A DNA stretch of 31,548 bases from a candidate division WOR-3 bacterium (GTDB lineage: Bacteria; Hydrothermota; Hydrothermia; Hydrothermales; Hydrothermaceae): positions 1-31,548 of the forward strand of contig JBDRZD010000015.1 in the NCBI GenBank assembly GCA_039803745.1. Direction: 5' to 3'. Under the pieces are notes generated by a model. It ran no database searches, was not told the DNA's origin, and worked only from the letters and a program-made list of their open reading frames with translations. The position numbers and the translations under genes are program-made. Positions 1 to 8,798 of this stretch are shown here, piece by piece; position 1 is the stretch's first letter; every line of letters starts with the position of its first letter.

Positions 1-650
1 GTTATCCATGTCCATGTAATATTGTCTGGATTCTGATTATCTATAATCCCTCTTAAAACCTGTGTCCATGCAGTCCCCGCACCTCTATTAACACCACCAA
101 CAAGATAAATTGTATCCCCTAAATAACAAGAACCACCCATATCAAACTGCATTGGAATCTGTGTTGCCTGCGTCCATTGATTACTTGATACATTGTATCT
201 AAATACTGTCTGTGTCCCTGCATTTAAACCCGGATTTACTCCTCCTATAACATATATGTTTCCATTCCATACAGCAAGACCATAGGCAAGACGCGCCTCT
301 GGTAAAGTAGGTCCTTGTGTCCAGGAATTTGATGCAATATCATATATATAGAATGTGTTTGAGTTTGCTCCTGCATTCGTATAACCTCCTGGAATATAAA
401 TCTTACCATTCCAGTATCCTCCCTGTATCCATCCCCTTGCATCAGGCATATTCGCAAGATTTGTGTTCCAGGAATTTGTAACAGGATCATATCTGTAACA
501 ATAAGGAACATTTGAACCAGACTGTCCATTTGGTGTTCCACCAATCATGTAAATCTTGTCATTGTCTGGATCATAAACTGTTGCATGGGTTAATCTATCA
601 TAATTTGCGCCTGGTGGATTATATGGTGTCCATGAACCCCAACCTGAAAC
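1..650. repeat. Direct repeat copy 1 (matches 3518..4167, offset 3517)
   Basis: By-eye alignment: 82..548 identical; 82..650 has two synonymous mismatches (549, 609); 9 mismatches in 1..81. Confidence 0.95.
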
Positions 651-1997
651 ATTAAATTGTTGGGAAAGTGTATCATTTGCAGGGTTTTGATCTCCTGCAA
701 GAGTTGTCCATGCTTTTACAGTATGGGTTCCAAATTGTGTTGGTGTCCATTGTCCAAAATTTATATCAACTGTTTGACCTGGAGGAAGAGTAATATTTAA
801 TGAATCATCAGAAAAAACAATTGCACTGCTTGGATCCCTTATTTCAACATGTAATGAGAATGTTTCTTGATTTTGACCGTAATTTTTAGGAGTAACAATA
901 ACATCAACAGGATTGCCAATCATAACATTTCCTGAAGGAGAGGGTATTGCAAAGACACCAACATCATGGGCAAGTGCCTGAGGAAATTCATAGGCTTCAA
1001 AAACATTCGATGCAGCACTTCCATCATATCCTCCTGGCATATAGAATACATTATTAACTCCAACTCCATGGTCTGCATTATCAGAAACTGTTGGCTTATC
1101 TTGAATCTGTGTCCATGAAGAAGAACCCGGAACATAAATATATGAATATGGATGATGTGCAGGTGTTCCAGTCCAGTTTCCGCAACTTCCCATCAATATC
1201 CATCCTGTTGAGGGATCATTAACTTCGTCACCTGTTGTTCTTGAAGCCTGAACAGGATACTGTGGTCCGCTTGTCCATGTGATCTGTGCTGGGTTTGAAG
1301 GATTTATCTGACCTATTTGGAAATCCTGAATAAAAGCACCATTAAATCCTGCCCATACATATAATGTATTCCCTATTATTCCTGAACCATGAGACCTTGT
1401 TGCAACAGGCATAGAAGATGCTTGTGTCCATGTATTTGATGTAGGATTATAATAGTACACGGTGTTTAAATAAGCAGTTGATTGTCCACCTATTCCATAT
1501 ATATATTGATCATTCCATGTTTCAGCAGTTAAAAATTGACATGCCTGTGGATAGTTTGCGGCAGAAGACCATGTATTTGTCACAGGGTCATAAACATGAA
1601 CAAGATTTATGTTTGCACTACCATTATAACCTGCAATTGCATATACTTTGCCCTGTAAACCAGCAGATGCATGCCTTACCCTTGCCTGAGGCATTGCTGC
1701 TTTTGTCGTCCATGTATTTGTTGCAATATCATATTCCCAGCAATCAGTAGTCGGAGCAGTATACTCTCCTCCTCCTGTAAGATATAGTTTATTTCCTATA
1801 ACTGCAACTGAATGATAATATTTTGGAGATGGAAGGCTTTGTTTTGTAATCCATGTTCCTTGATCAATCGTAGGATTTTCAAGTTTCATAAGATTTGAAT
1901 TTATAGAGGGGGCTCCTGAAAAATCAGACTCAGTTTGAGAGGCAAGCAGAGCACCTACCATTCCTATTACCAGCATTACTTTATATAATTTATCCAT
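1..1997 (-). CDS. Secreted multi-domain Kelch-repeat protein (signal peptide - Kelch propeller - CARDB/Ig-like domain - second Kelch propeller); 3' end runs off the window
   Basis: Absent from the ORF track because no stop lies in the window. Hand translation from ATG 1997 (SD AGGAGGTG at 2003-2010) gives MDKLYKVMLVIGMVGALLASQ..., Kelch blades (GNKLYLTGGG...WEYDIATNTW, GKVYAIAGY...VYDPVTNTW), an HDVGV...NDTL Ig-like module, then the same second propeller as 2938..5166. The frame is open to the window edge. Confidence 0.9.
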   Translation of the reverse strand, partial: MDKLYKVMLVIGMVGALLASQTESDFSGAPSINSNLMKLENPTIDQGTWITKQSLPSPKYYHSVAVIGNKLYLTGGGEYTAPTTDCWEYDIATNTWTTKAAMPQARVRHASAGLQGKVYAIAGYNGSANINLVHVYDPVTNTWSSAANYPQACQFLTAETWNDQYIYGIGGQSTAYLNTVYYYNPTSNTWTQASSMPVATRSHGSGIIGNTLYVWAGFNGAFIQDFQIGQINPSNPAQITWTSGPQYPVQASRTTGDEVNDPSTGWILMGSCGNWTGTPAHHPYSYIYVPGSSSWTQIQDKPTVSDNADHGVGVNNVFYMPGGYDGSAASNVFEAYEFPQALAHDVGVFAIPSPSGNVMIGNPVDVIVTPKNYGQNQETFSLHVEIRDPSSAIVFSDDSLNITLPPGQTVDINFGQWTPTQFGTHTVKAWTTLAGDQNPANDTLSQQFNVSGWGSWTPYNPPGANYDRLTHATVYDPDNDKIYMIGGTPNGQSGSNVPYCYRYDPVTNSWNTNLANMPDARGWIQGGYWNGKIYIPGGYTNAGANSNTFYIYDIASNSWTQGPTLPEARLAYGLAVWNGNIYVIGGVNPGLNAGTQTVFRYNVSSNQWTQATQIPMQFDMGGSCYLGDTIYLVGGVNRGAGTAWTQVLRGIIDNQNPDNITWTWI

Positions 1998-2026
1998 AAT
2001 AACACCTCCTTTTTAATGATAATTTA

Positions 2027-2056
2027 ATCATAAAGGGAAAAAAATGAAATTGTCAA
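2027..2056 (-). promoter_or_regulatory. sigma70-type promoter for the first Kelch gene
   Basis: Minus strand TTGACA (2056-2051), 18 nt, TATGAT (2032-2027), upstream of the SD. Confidence 0.6.
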
Positions 2057-2079
2057 ACAAATTAATTTCACTTTATAAT
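2050..2079 (+). promoter_or_regulatory. sigma70-type promoter for the lipoprotein gene, probably leaderless
   Basis: TTGTCA (2050-2055), 18 nt, TATAAT (2074-2079), 7 nt before ATG 2087; no SD. Confidence 0.55.
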
Positions 2080-2086
2080 TTAATTT

Positions 2087-2893
2087 ATGAGAATTTTAAA
2101 AAATTTATTTTTAACTTTTTTAATCCTATCGTGTAAAAGCTACATTTCCGAAATAAACGGTATTAAAATAAATAAAAAGGAATTTGAAATAGAGAAAAAA
2201 ATTCAAAAGGTTTATAATCTAAATTATAAAGATGAAGAAATCCTTCTGCTTTTAATTCAGAAAAAATTGAAAATATTTTTACTCGAAAAAGATATGAATT
2301 TCAAAATAGAAGAAAAATTTCTAAAAATGGAAAAGCAAAGAATAGATAGGGAAACAAAAGCACCATGGCTTTTGGAGAAAATTAAAAAAATATTTAATGA
2401 TGAAAGAGATTATTTAGAATACTTTGTTAAAGGAATCCTTGCTTCAAGAATCATTGAGAATATTTTTTATTACGATACAATTAAATATCAAAAAGAAAAA
2501 TATTATCTTGCAAAGAATTATTTGAGAAAAATAAAAAATGATAAAAAGGGTGATTTTTCAAAGGACTCCCTTTATTTTTATGTTGATTTAACTCAAAAAG
2601 AAGAAGTTCCACCGCCTCCCCCTTCATTCTTTCATTTGGGTGATAGTATTTATTTGAAAAATATGGAAAAATTTGAAGTTTATCCTGAAATAATAGAAGC
2701 AAAACACAGATATTTCATTGTAAGAAAAATTGGAAAGAAAAAATTTGATGGATTTATCATAAATAAAAAAGATTTTACAAAATGGTTTAATGAAAGAATA
2801 GAAAAAATTTCTATAAAAATTAAGGACAAAGAACTAAAAAATAATTTATTAAAAAGAATAAAAGGAACATTCTGGGAAAATATTATAAAATAA
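2087..2893 (+). CDS. Putative lipoprotein, PrsA/SurA-like foldase with degenerate parvulin-like region
   Basis: Lipobox-like FLILS-C; EINGIKINKKEFE resembles the SurA/PrsA N-terminal motif; FSKDS and EVYPEIIEAKHRYFIVRK resemble parvulin segments. The CDS is solid; the function is tentative. Confidence 0.5.
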   Translation: MRILKNLFLTFLILSCKSYISEINGIKINKKEFEIEKKIQKVYNLNYKDEEILLLLIQKKLKIFLLEKDMNFKIEEKFLKMEKQRIDRETKAPWLLEKIKKIFNDERDYLEYFVKGILASRIIENIFYYDTIKYQKEKYYLAKNYLRKIKNDKKGDFSKDSLYFYVDLTQKEEVPPPPPSFFHLGDSIYLKNMEKFEVYPEIIEAKHRYFIVRKIGKKKFDGFIINKKDFTKWFNERIEKISIKIKDKELKNNLLKRIKGTFWENIIK

Positions 2894-2928
2894 AAAGGGG
2901 TGGAAAGGAATAAACCTTTATCCACCCC
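2891..2928 (-). terminator. Intrinsic terminator between convergent genes
   Basis: GGGGTGGA-AAGG (2897-2908) pairs with CCTT-TA-TCCACCCC (2915-2928); U-run follows on the minus strand. Confidence 0.85.
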
Positions 2929-2937
2929 ATTTAAGAT

Positions 2938-5166
2938 TTATTTAACCTTTATAATCCTGTAAGAGCCAGAATTTTCAGAAGTCTTTAAAATGATAAAGTA
3001 AATCCCTGAATTTAAATTACCATCATATTTAATCACATGATTACCTGCTTCCTTTACACCTTTATAAATATCACTTATCTTCTGACCAAGTGTATTGTAA
3101 ATTGAAATATCAACATTTGATCTATTCTTTAAACTAAAGTAAATAGAAAATGGCCCCTTTCCAATATTCGGATTTATAAAGAAAATATACGGTCTTTCCT
3201 TATATGCTTTCTCAGAAACCCCTACAGCCCTCTCAAGATAATAATAATAATTGTTTGGCGGAGCCCAGTCACCATTTGCATCACCCGCAACAACATATAT
3301 CCTTACACCCGCATCTGTTATCTGTGGCCTTGTGCAGGCAAAATGATTCCTTACAATAGGAACAACATATTGAGGGAGTTCTGTCCATGTATTCGTCGCT
3401 ATATCATATTCCCATACCCTGTTTGTGGCAGTCTGAAGATTAATAAACCCACCAATCATATATAATTTACCAGGCAGTGCACATGCTGCATTTATAGCAT
3501 TTGCATATGGTAAATTCGTTATCCATGTCCATGTAATCTGATCAGGATTATTATTATCTATAATCCCTCTTAAAACCTGTGTCCATGCAGTCTGCGCGCC
3601 TCTATTAACACCACCAACAAGATAAATTGTATCCCCTAAATAACAAGAACCACCCATATCAAACTGCATTGGAATCTGTGTTGCCTGCGTCCATTGATTA
3701 CTTGATACATTGTATCTAAATACTGTCTGTGTCCCTGCATTTAAACCCGGATTTACTCCTCCTATAACATATATGTTTCCATTCCATACAGCAAGACCAT
3801 AGGCAAGACGCGCCTCTGGTAAAGTAGGTCCTTGTGTCCAGGAATTTGATGCAATATCATATATATAGAATGTGTTTGAGTTTGCTCCTGCATTCGTATA
3901 ACCTCCTGGAATATAAATCTTACCATTCCAGTATCCTCCCTGTATCCATCCCCTTGCATCAGGCATATTCGCAAGATTTGTGTTCCAGGAATTTGTAACA
4001 GGATCATATCTGTAACAATAAGGAACATTTGAACCAGACTGTCCATTTGGTGTTCCACCAATCATATAAATCTTGTCATTGTCTGGATCATAAACTGTTG
4101 CATGGGTTAATCTATCATAATTTGCACCTGGTGGATTATATGGTGTCCATGAACCCCAACCTGAAACCTGGAAAGAAATACCAAGGGAATCATTTTGAGG
4201 AAATTCATCACCTTGAAGGAGTGTTTTCCCGTAAATAAAATGGGAACCAAATTGTGTTGGTGTCCATTGTCCAAAATTAACATCTATATTTTGACCAGCA
4301 TTTAATGTTAAACTCGTATCCTTTGAAAATACAAGAGCATTTGAGGGATCAAATATTCTTACAATTGCTGGAAATGTTTCAGGATTATTCCCAAAATTTC
4401 CATATTTAACTATAACATTAACAGGTTGACCAATTAAAACTGTCCCTGTTGGGGAAATAATCTGAGCAACTCCTACATCATGATTTACAGGAACGAATCC
4501 TTCAACAATAACATTATCACAAGCACATGCCCATCCCCAGTGAGAAGAAGAAGTTGAATCACTATAGAAGAATCTGAACTGAATTGAATCACAGGGAAGC
4601 TCGTTTGTTAAATCAAAGGAATCTGTTCCTGCTGCACTTGTCGTATAAACCTTTAATTGTGTCCAATTAGTCCATGAGCCACCAACCTTTTTTCTAAAAT
4701 GTGTTCTATATTTTTCACCAGTCTGGAATACTTGGAATCCATATCCATATTTGAATTTTAATTGCGTCATTCCAGAAACACCGAGTGCAGGTGTCCATAA
4801 TTCTTCATTATAGTTTATAACATTACCTCCTGCATCATCATCAGAATAATAGGCATAAGCAGTTCCATAGTTTGGTGGAGTATATGACCCTAAATCAGAA
4901 GTTGTTCCTGCTGTCCATTTAAATCCGTCATTGTTTCCATCAATTACTGTCCAATTAGAGGGAATTACACCTGATTCAAAATTTTCAGATAGTAATGTTA
5001 TCCAGCCTCTTGTTCCTGTTTTTGGTTTATATGGATTTTTTATTTCCACTTGCATTTTTATTGGGATACTGTTTTCCTTTACCCCTTTATTCAAGAGGTC
5101 AGTATTTCCTGCTGCAAGGAGCCCTATACCTATAAGGACTCCTATTATACATTTTATTTTTGACAT
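2938..5166 (-). CDS. Secreted protein: cleaved-adhesin/MAM-like N-domain - CARDB/Ig-like - Kelch propeller - T9SS type-A-like C-terminal domain
   Basis: 742 aa; signal peptide; LLSENFESGVIPSNWTVIDGNNDG...CDNVIV beta-sandwich; HDVGV Ig module; Kelch blades (IYMIGG, IYIPGG, IYVIGG, IYLVGG, LYMIGG, IYVVAG); tail with IYNTLGQKI...LNSGIYFI; SD AGGAGGTG. Confidence 0.85.
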   Translation of the reverse strand: MSKIKCIIGVLIGIGLLAAGNTDLLNKGVKENSIPIKMQVEIKNPYKPKTGTRGWITLLSENFESGVIPSNWTVIDGNNDGFKWTAGTTSDLGSYTPPNYGTAYAYYSDDDAGGNVINYNEELWTPALGVSGMTQLKFKYGYGFQVFQTGEKYRTHFRKKVGGSWTNWTQLKVYTTSAAGTDSFDLTNELPCDSIQFRFFYSDSTSSSHWGWACACDNVIVEGFVPVNHDVGVAQIISPTGTVLIGQPVNVIVKYGNFGNNPETFPAIVRIFDPSNALVFSKDTSLTLNAGQNIDVNFGQWTPTQFGSHFIYGKTLLQGDEFPQNDSLGISFQVSGWGSWTPYNPPGANYDRLTHATVYDPDNDKIYMIGGTPNGQSGSNVPYCYRYDPVTNSWNTNLANMPDARGWIQGGYWNGKIYIPGGYTNAGANSNTFYIYDIASNSWTQGPTLPEARLAYGLAVWNGNIYVIGGVNPGLNAGTQTVFRYNVSSNQWTQATQIPMQFDMGGSCYLGDTIYLVGGVNRGAQTAWTQVLRGIIDNNNPDQITWTWITNLPYANAINAACALPGKLYMIGGFINLQTATNRVWEYDIATNTWTELPQYVVPIVRNHFACTRPQITDAGVRIYVVAGDANGDWAPPNNYYYYLERAVGVSEKAYKERPYIFFINPNIGKGPFSIYFSLKNRSNVDISIYNTLGQKISDIYKGVKEAGNHVIKYDGNLNSGIYFIILKTSENSGSYRIIKVK
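3518..4167. repeat. Direct repeat copy 2 (matches 1..650)
   Basis: Same alignment as copy 1. The identical shadow ORFs 245..544 and 3762..4061 confirm offset 3517. Confidence 0.95.
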
Positions 5167-5202
5167 AATTCACCTCCTTAAAATAGATTCATTTTAAAGT
5201 AT

Positions 5203-5649
5203 CTATGAATTAAAAATCAAACTATATTCTAAAATTTTCATATTTCTTATTTTAAAAAATGCATTAAATTTTCTATTTTTAAAAACAAGTGGTAACCAGT
5301 ATTTATCATCAGGCCACATTTTATCGTATGGAATTTTATCTATTTCAAACCAAACCGGTCTACATTCCTTTGTTTCCTTTGGTTCTCCTTCAAAATTGTT
5401 TGCCTTATAAACATAAACCTCCCATTTTCCCTTTTCATCATCAAAATTTATTTTTCCACAAAAAATAACATCTTTAACTTTTATATTAACTTCCTCTTTT
5501 GCCTCTCTTATTACACTTTCTTTAATATCCTCTCCTTTCTTAATCCTTCCACCAATTCCATTAAAAAGACCTTTTCCATGTCCTTTCTTTTTATAAATTA
5601 AAAGAACTTTATTTTCCTTTATAACATATAAAAGGTTTGCCCTAATCAA
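5203..5649 (-). CDS. NUDIX hydrolase, MutT/MTH1-like 8-oxo-dGTPase
   Basis: Nudix box GRIKKGEDIKESVIREAKEEV plus the MTH1-type MWPDD motif; TTG start overlaps the ispH stop. Confidence 0.85.
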   Translation of the reverse strand: MIRANLLYVIKENKVLLIYKKKGHGKGLFNGIGGRIKKGEDIKESVIREAKEEVNIKVKDVIFCGKINFDDEKGKWEVYVYKANNFEGEPKETKECRPVWFEIDKIPYDKMWPDDKYWLPLVFKNRKFNAFFKIRNMKILEYSLIFNS

Positions 5650-6475
5650 TATTTTCTATTATCTCTTTAACTTTTAAAACTATCTCCTTCGGAGTTGAAG
5701 AGCCTCCTGCAACACCAACAGAGTTTGCATTTTTAAACCATTCCTTTTTTATCTCTTCTGGTTTTTCAATATGATATGCCTTTTTTGAATATTTTTTAGA
5801 AATTTCAAATAATCTCTTTGTGTTTGATGAATCCTTACCACCAACTATTATCATTACATCACACTCCTTTGCAAGTTCACGAGTATTTTTTTGCCTTAAT
5901 TTTGTATCAGGACACCTTGTATTAAAAATTTTTATTTCAAAACTTTTTTCCAAAATTCTATTTACTATATTCAAAAAAATATCTTCTCTAAAAGTTGTCT
6001 GAACAACTATCCCAATCCTTTTTTTATTAAAATCATATTTATGAACATCTTCTTCAGAAGTTATCACAATTCCTTTATTTTGAATATAACCCAAAACACC
6101 CTTTATCTCAGGATGCTCTTTTTTACCTATAATTACAACTTCATAACCCTCTTCAAATAATTCTTTTGCTTTATTTTGAACAAGTTTTACATATGGACAT
6201 GTTCCGTCATAAATTTCCTTTTCAAAAATTTTTGCCTCTTCATAAATAGATGGAGGAGCACCATGCGCCCTTATGATCATTTTTTTACTCTTTATCTCTT
6301 CAATAGAATTTGCTATCTTTATTCCCTTTTTTTCAAGGTCTTCAATAACTTCTTTATTATGAATTAAAGGTCCTAATGTAAAAACCTCACCTTCTTTACT
6401 TGCTTTTAGAGCAATATCTATTGCCCTTTCAACTCCAAAACAAAAACCTATAACTTCTGCTATTTTAACTTTCAT
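5642..6475 (-). CDS. ispH: 4-hydroxy-3-methylbut-2-enyl diphosphate reductase
   Basis: GFCFGVERA, LIHN, IRAHG, TCPYV, HPE, third Cys in NTRCPDT..RQ, SSNT. Confidence 0.97.
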   Translation of the reverse strand: MKVKIAEVIGFCFGVERAIDIALKASKEGEVFTLGPLIHNKEVIEDLEKKGIKIANSIEEIKSKKMIIRAHGAPPSIYEEAKIFEKEIYDGTCPYVKLVQNKAKELFEEGYEVVIIGKKEHPEIKGVLGYIQNKGIVITSEEDVHKYDFNKKRIGIVVQTTFREDIFLNIVNRILEKSFEIKIFNTRCPDTKLRQKNTRELAKECDVMIIVGGKDSSNTKRLFEISKKYSKKAYHIEKPEEIKKEWFKNANSVGVAGGSSTPKEIVLKVKEIIENID

Positions 6476-6499
6476 AAAAATTAATTTTAATATACCCTC

Positions 6500-6528
6500 T
6501 TGACAAAATTCAAAAAGAAAAGTATTTT
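6500..6528 (+). promoter_or_regulatory. sigma70-type promoter for hsp20
   Basis: TTGACA (6500-6505), 17 nt, TATTTT (6523-6528), followed by SD AGGAGGTG before ATG 6557. Confidence 0.7.
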
Positions 6529-6556
6529 AATAAAACTTCAAAAAGGAGGTGAGAGT

Positions 6557-7003
6557 ATGAAAGAAATTACAAGATGGGACCCATTTAAAGAAATATCAAG
6601 TTTAAGGGAAGAGATTGATAGACTCTTTGACTCCTTCTTCGGAAGGAAATCTTTCATTACTGAAAGGGAACAAACTTTCTCTCCTGCAATTGACGTTGAA
6701 GAAACTGAAGATTCATTCATAATAAGGGCAGAAGTTCCTGGAATGAAAAAGGAAGATATAAAAGTAACGGTTGATGAAAATGGAATATCAATTTCTGGTG
6801 AAAGGAAAAAGGAAAAAGAGGAAAAAGGAAAAACATACCACAGGATGGAAATTTCTTATGGCAAATTTAAGAGATACATTCCTTTTCCAAAGGAAGTTGA
6901 GCCCAGTAAGGCAAAAGCAAAATGTAAGGATGGGATTCTTGAAATAGAGGTTCCGAAATCCGAGAAAGCAAAACCAAAGGAAATAGAAATAAAGGTTGAA
7001 TAA
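6557..7003 (+). CDS. Hsp20/alpha-crystallin small heat shock protein
   Basis: MKEITRWDPF..., PAIDVEET, AEVPGM, YGKFKR, DGILEI. Start moved from the track's TTG 6500 (which is the -35 box) to ATG 6557 after the SD. Confidence 0.95.
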   Translation: MKEITRWDPFKEISSLREEIDRLFDSFFGRKSFITEREQTFSPAIDVEETEDSFIIRAEVPGMKKEDIKVTVDENGISISGERKKEKEEKGKTYHRMEISYGKFKRYIPFPKEVEPSKAKAKCKDGILEIEVPKSEKAKPKEIEIKVE

Positions 7004-7013
7004 AAATTAAAGA

Positions 7014-7460
7014 TTAGCGGAGCCGAGCAAAGTTTTTAGAAGAGTATTTTTTAATTATTTTTTCTATTTTATAAATTTCTTTTGCAATTTTTGATTTCTT
7101 TGTTAGATCTATTCCAATTTCTTTTAAAACAAATATAAAAAGGAATATTAAAAATACTGCCTTTAAAAAACCAAAAGCCCCTCCCAAAATTTTATCAAGC
7201 CAAAAAAGTTTTATACTTTTGAAAAATTTTTTTAAAATAATCCCTGTAAGGAAAAATAAAAGATATATTAAAAGAAAAGTTATTACATAGGAAAATACCC
7301 GGGGAAAATAAAAATAATGAGAAAAAAATAACCCATATTTATAAGATAAAAAAACTCCAAATATAATTCCTGCTAAACTTGCAATCTGTAGAACAAATCC
7401 TTTAGCAAATCCTTTAAATAAGAAAAAGATAATAAGAATTAAAAAAACAAAATCAATCAA
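7014..7460 (-). CDS. cvpA: CvpA (colicin V production) family membrane protein
   Basis: MID...GFAKGFV..., [14 protein letters not shown] family motif; four hydrophobic segments. Confidence 0.85.
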   Translation of the reverse strand: MIDFVFLILIIFFLFKGFAKGFVLQIASLAGIIFGVFLSYKYGLFFSHYFYFPRVFSYVITFLLIYLLFFLTGIILKKFFKSIKLFWLDKILGGAFGFLKAVFLIFLFIFVLKEIGIDLTKKSKIAKEIYKIEKIIKKYSSKNFARLR

Positions 7461-8304
7461 CTTTTATTCTTATATTATCAATTAGTCTTGCCTTTCCAAA
7501 GAAAACAGCAAGAGCAATCATTATTTCACCTTTTATTTTCCTTAAAGGTTTTAAATTCTCAATATCAACAATCTCAACATATTGAATTTTCCCTTTTGGG
7601 GCATTTCTGTTTATAAATTTTTTTATTTCTTCTTTTACTTTTCTTGCATCTCTTTCACCTTTCTCTATGAGTTCTTTTCCATATAAAAGTGCCTTATAAA
7701 GATAAGAAGCCTCTTTTCTTTCTTTTTCATTTAAATAAAAATTTCTTGAACTCATTGCAAGTCCATCTTTTTCTCTAACAGTTTCAATTCCTATTATTTC
7801 TATATCAAAGTTTAAATCCTTTACCATTTTCTTAATTACAAGGAGTTGCTGTGCGTCCTTCCATCCAAAGAAAGCAAGATGAGGCTTTACAATGTTAAAT
7901 AATTTTGTAACAACAGTTGTTACACCTTTAAAATGCCCTGGTCTATATTTTCCACAAAGAGTTTTTGTTAAATTTTTAACTTCTACATATGTAGAAAAAT
8001 TTTTTTCATACATATCTTCCACATCTGGCATAAAAATTATATCAACACCTTCTTTTTCACATTTTTCAATATCCCCTTTTTCATCCCTTGGATATTCTTT
8101 ATAATCTTCTTTTGGACCAAACTGGATTGGATTTACAAAAATGCTAACAACCAAAAAATCACTTTTCTTCCTTGCTTCTCTTATTAGTTCAAGATGACCT
8201 TCATGCAGTGCACCCATTGTTGGGACAAAACCAATAATTTTCCCCTCTTTCCTTTTTTCTTCTGAAATTTTTTGCATTTCATAGGGATTTTCGATAATTT
8301 TCAT
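7453..8304 (-). CDS. panC: Pantoate-beta-alanine ligase
   Basis: [48 protein letters not shown]. Confidence 0.98.
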   Translation of the reverse strand: MKIIENPYEMQKISEEKRKEGKIIGFVPTMGALHEGHLELIREARKKSDFLVVSIFVNPIQFGPKEDYKEYPRDEKGDIEKCEKEGVDIIFMPDVEDMYEKNFSTYVEVKNLTKTLCGKYRPGHFKGVTTVVTKLFNIVKPHLAFFGWKDAQQLLVIKKMVKDLNFDIEIIGIETVREKDGLAMSSRNFYLNEKERKEASYLYKALLYGKELIEKGERDARKVKEEIKKFINRNAPKGKIQYVEIVDIENLKPLRKIKGEIMIALAVFFGKARLIDNIRIKVD

Positions 8305-8798
8305 ATTTTTAGTGCCTCCTTTTGAATAACTTTTTTTACTTCTTTTTGATAATTATTAATTATAATTTCAGAAAGTTTTATTTTTAAAACAGGATGAACC
8401 CATTCCCCTAATATTTCTTTCATTGGGATCAAAACAAAACCTCTTTCATGCATTAGAGGATGCGGTATCTTTAATTTTTCATCATTTAAAATTAAATCTT
8501 CATAAAATATTATATCTATGTCAATTGTTCTTGGAGAAAATCTATATTCCCTTTCCCTTCCATATTTTTTCTCTATCTCCATTATTTTTTCTAAAAGACT
8601 AAATGGGCTCAAATCTGTATAACCTGTCACAAAGATATTTAAATATTCTCTTTGCTTTTCTATCCCCCATGGTTTTGTCAGATAAATTCCTGAATATTTT
8701 AAATTCTTTAAAATTTTTTTTAATTCTAAAATTCCATTAATTATATAATAAAATCTATTTCCTTTATTTGAACCTAAGGAAAGCCCTACACAGTTTAT
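8301..8798 (-). CDS. folK: 2-amino-4-hydroxy-6-hydroxymethyldihydropteridine diphosphokinase (HPPK); start uncertain, ATA 8798 proposed
   Basis: PRTIDIDII and IPHP..HERGFVL motifs. The frame stays open upstream of the track's GTG 8630 through [11 protein letters not shown] and YLTKPWG, the family N-terminal motifs. Confidence 0.9.
   Translation of the reverse strand: MNCVGLSLGSNKGNRFYYIINGILELKKILKNLKYSGIYLTKPWGIEKQREYLNIFVTGYTDLSPFSLLEKIMEIEKKYGREREYRFSPRTIDIDIIFYEDLILNDEKLKIPHPLMHERGFVLIPMKEILGEWVHPVLKIKLSEIIINNYQKEVKKVIQKEALKI

Noticed and set aside
245..1750. Track ORFs 245..544, 920..1135, 1478..1750 (and 3762..4061, 4029..4238, 4931..5197)
   Set aside because: Alternate-frame or antisense shadows of the two Kelch genes; the duplicated 99-aa ORF only reflects the DNA repeat.
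1..4167. Repeat pair as a diversity-generating retroelement TR/VR
   Set aside because: Mismatches are not adenine-specific, both copies are in-frame coding sequence, the tract is long, and no reverse transcriptase is in the window.
5178..5197. Inverted repeat TTAAAAT-N6-ATTTTAA upstream of the second Kelch gene
   Set aside because: All-AT 7-mers are expected by chance at this base composition.
6476..6556. CIRCE or other heat-shock operator upstream of hsp20; TTG start at 6500
   Set aside because: No TTAGCACTC-N9-GAGTGCTAA is present. The TTG is the -35 box, and ATG 6557 has the SD.
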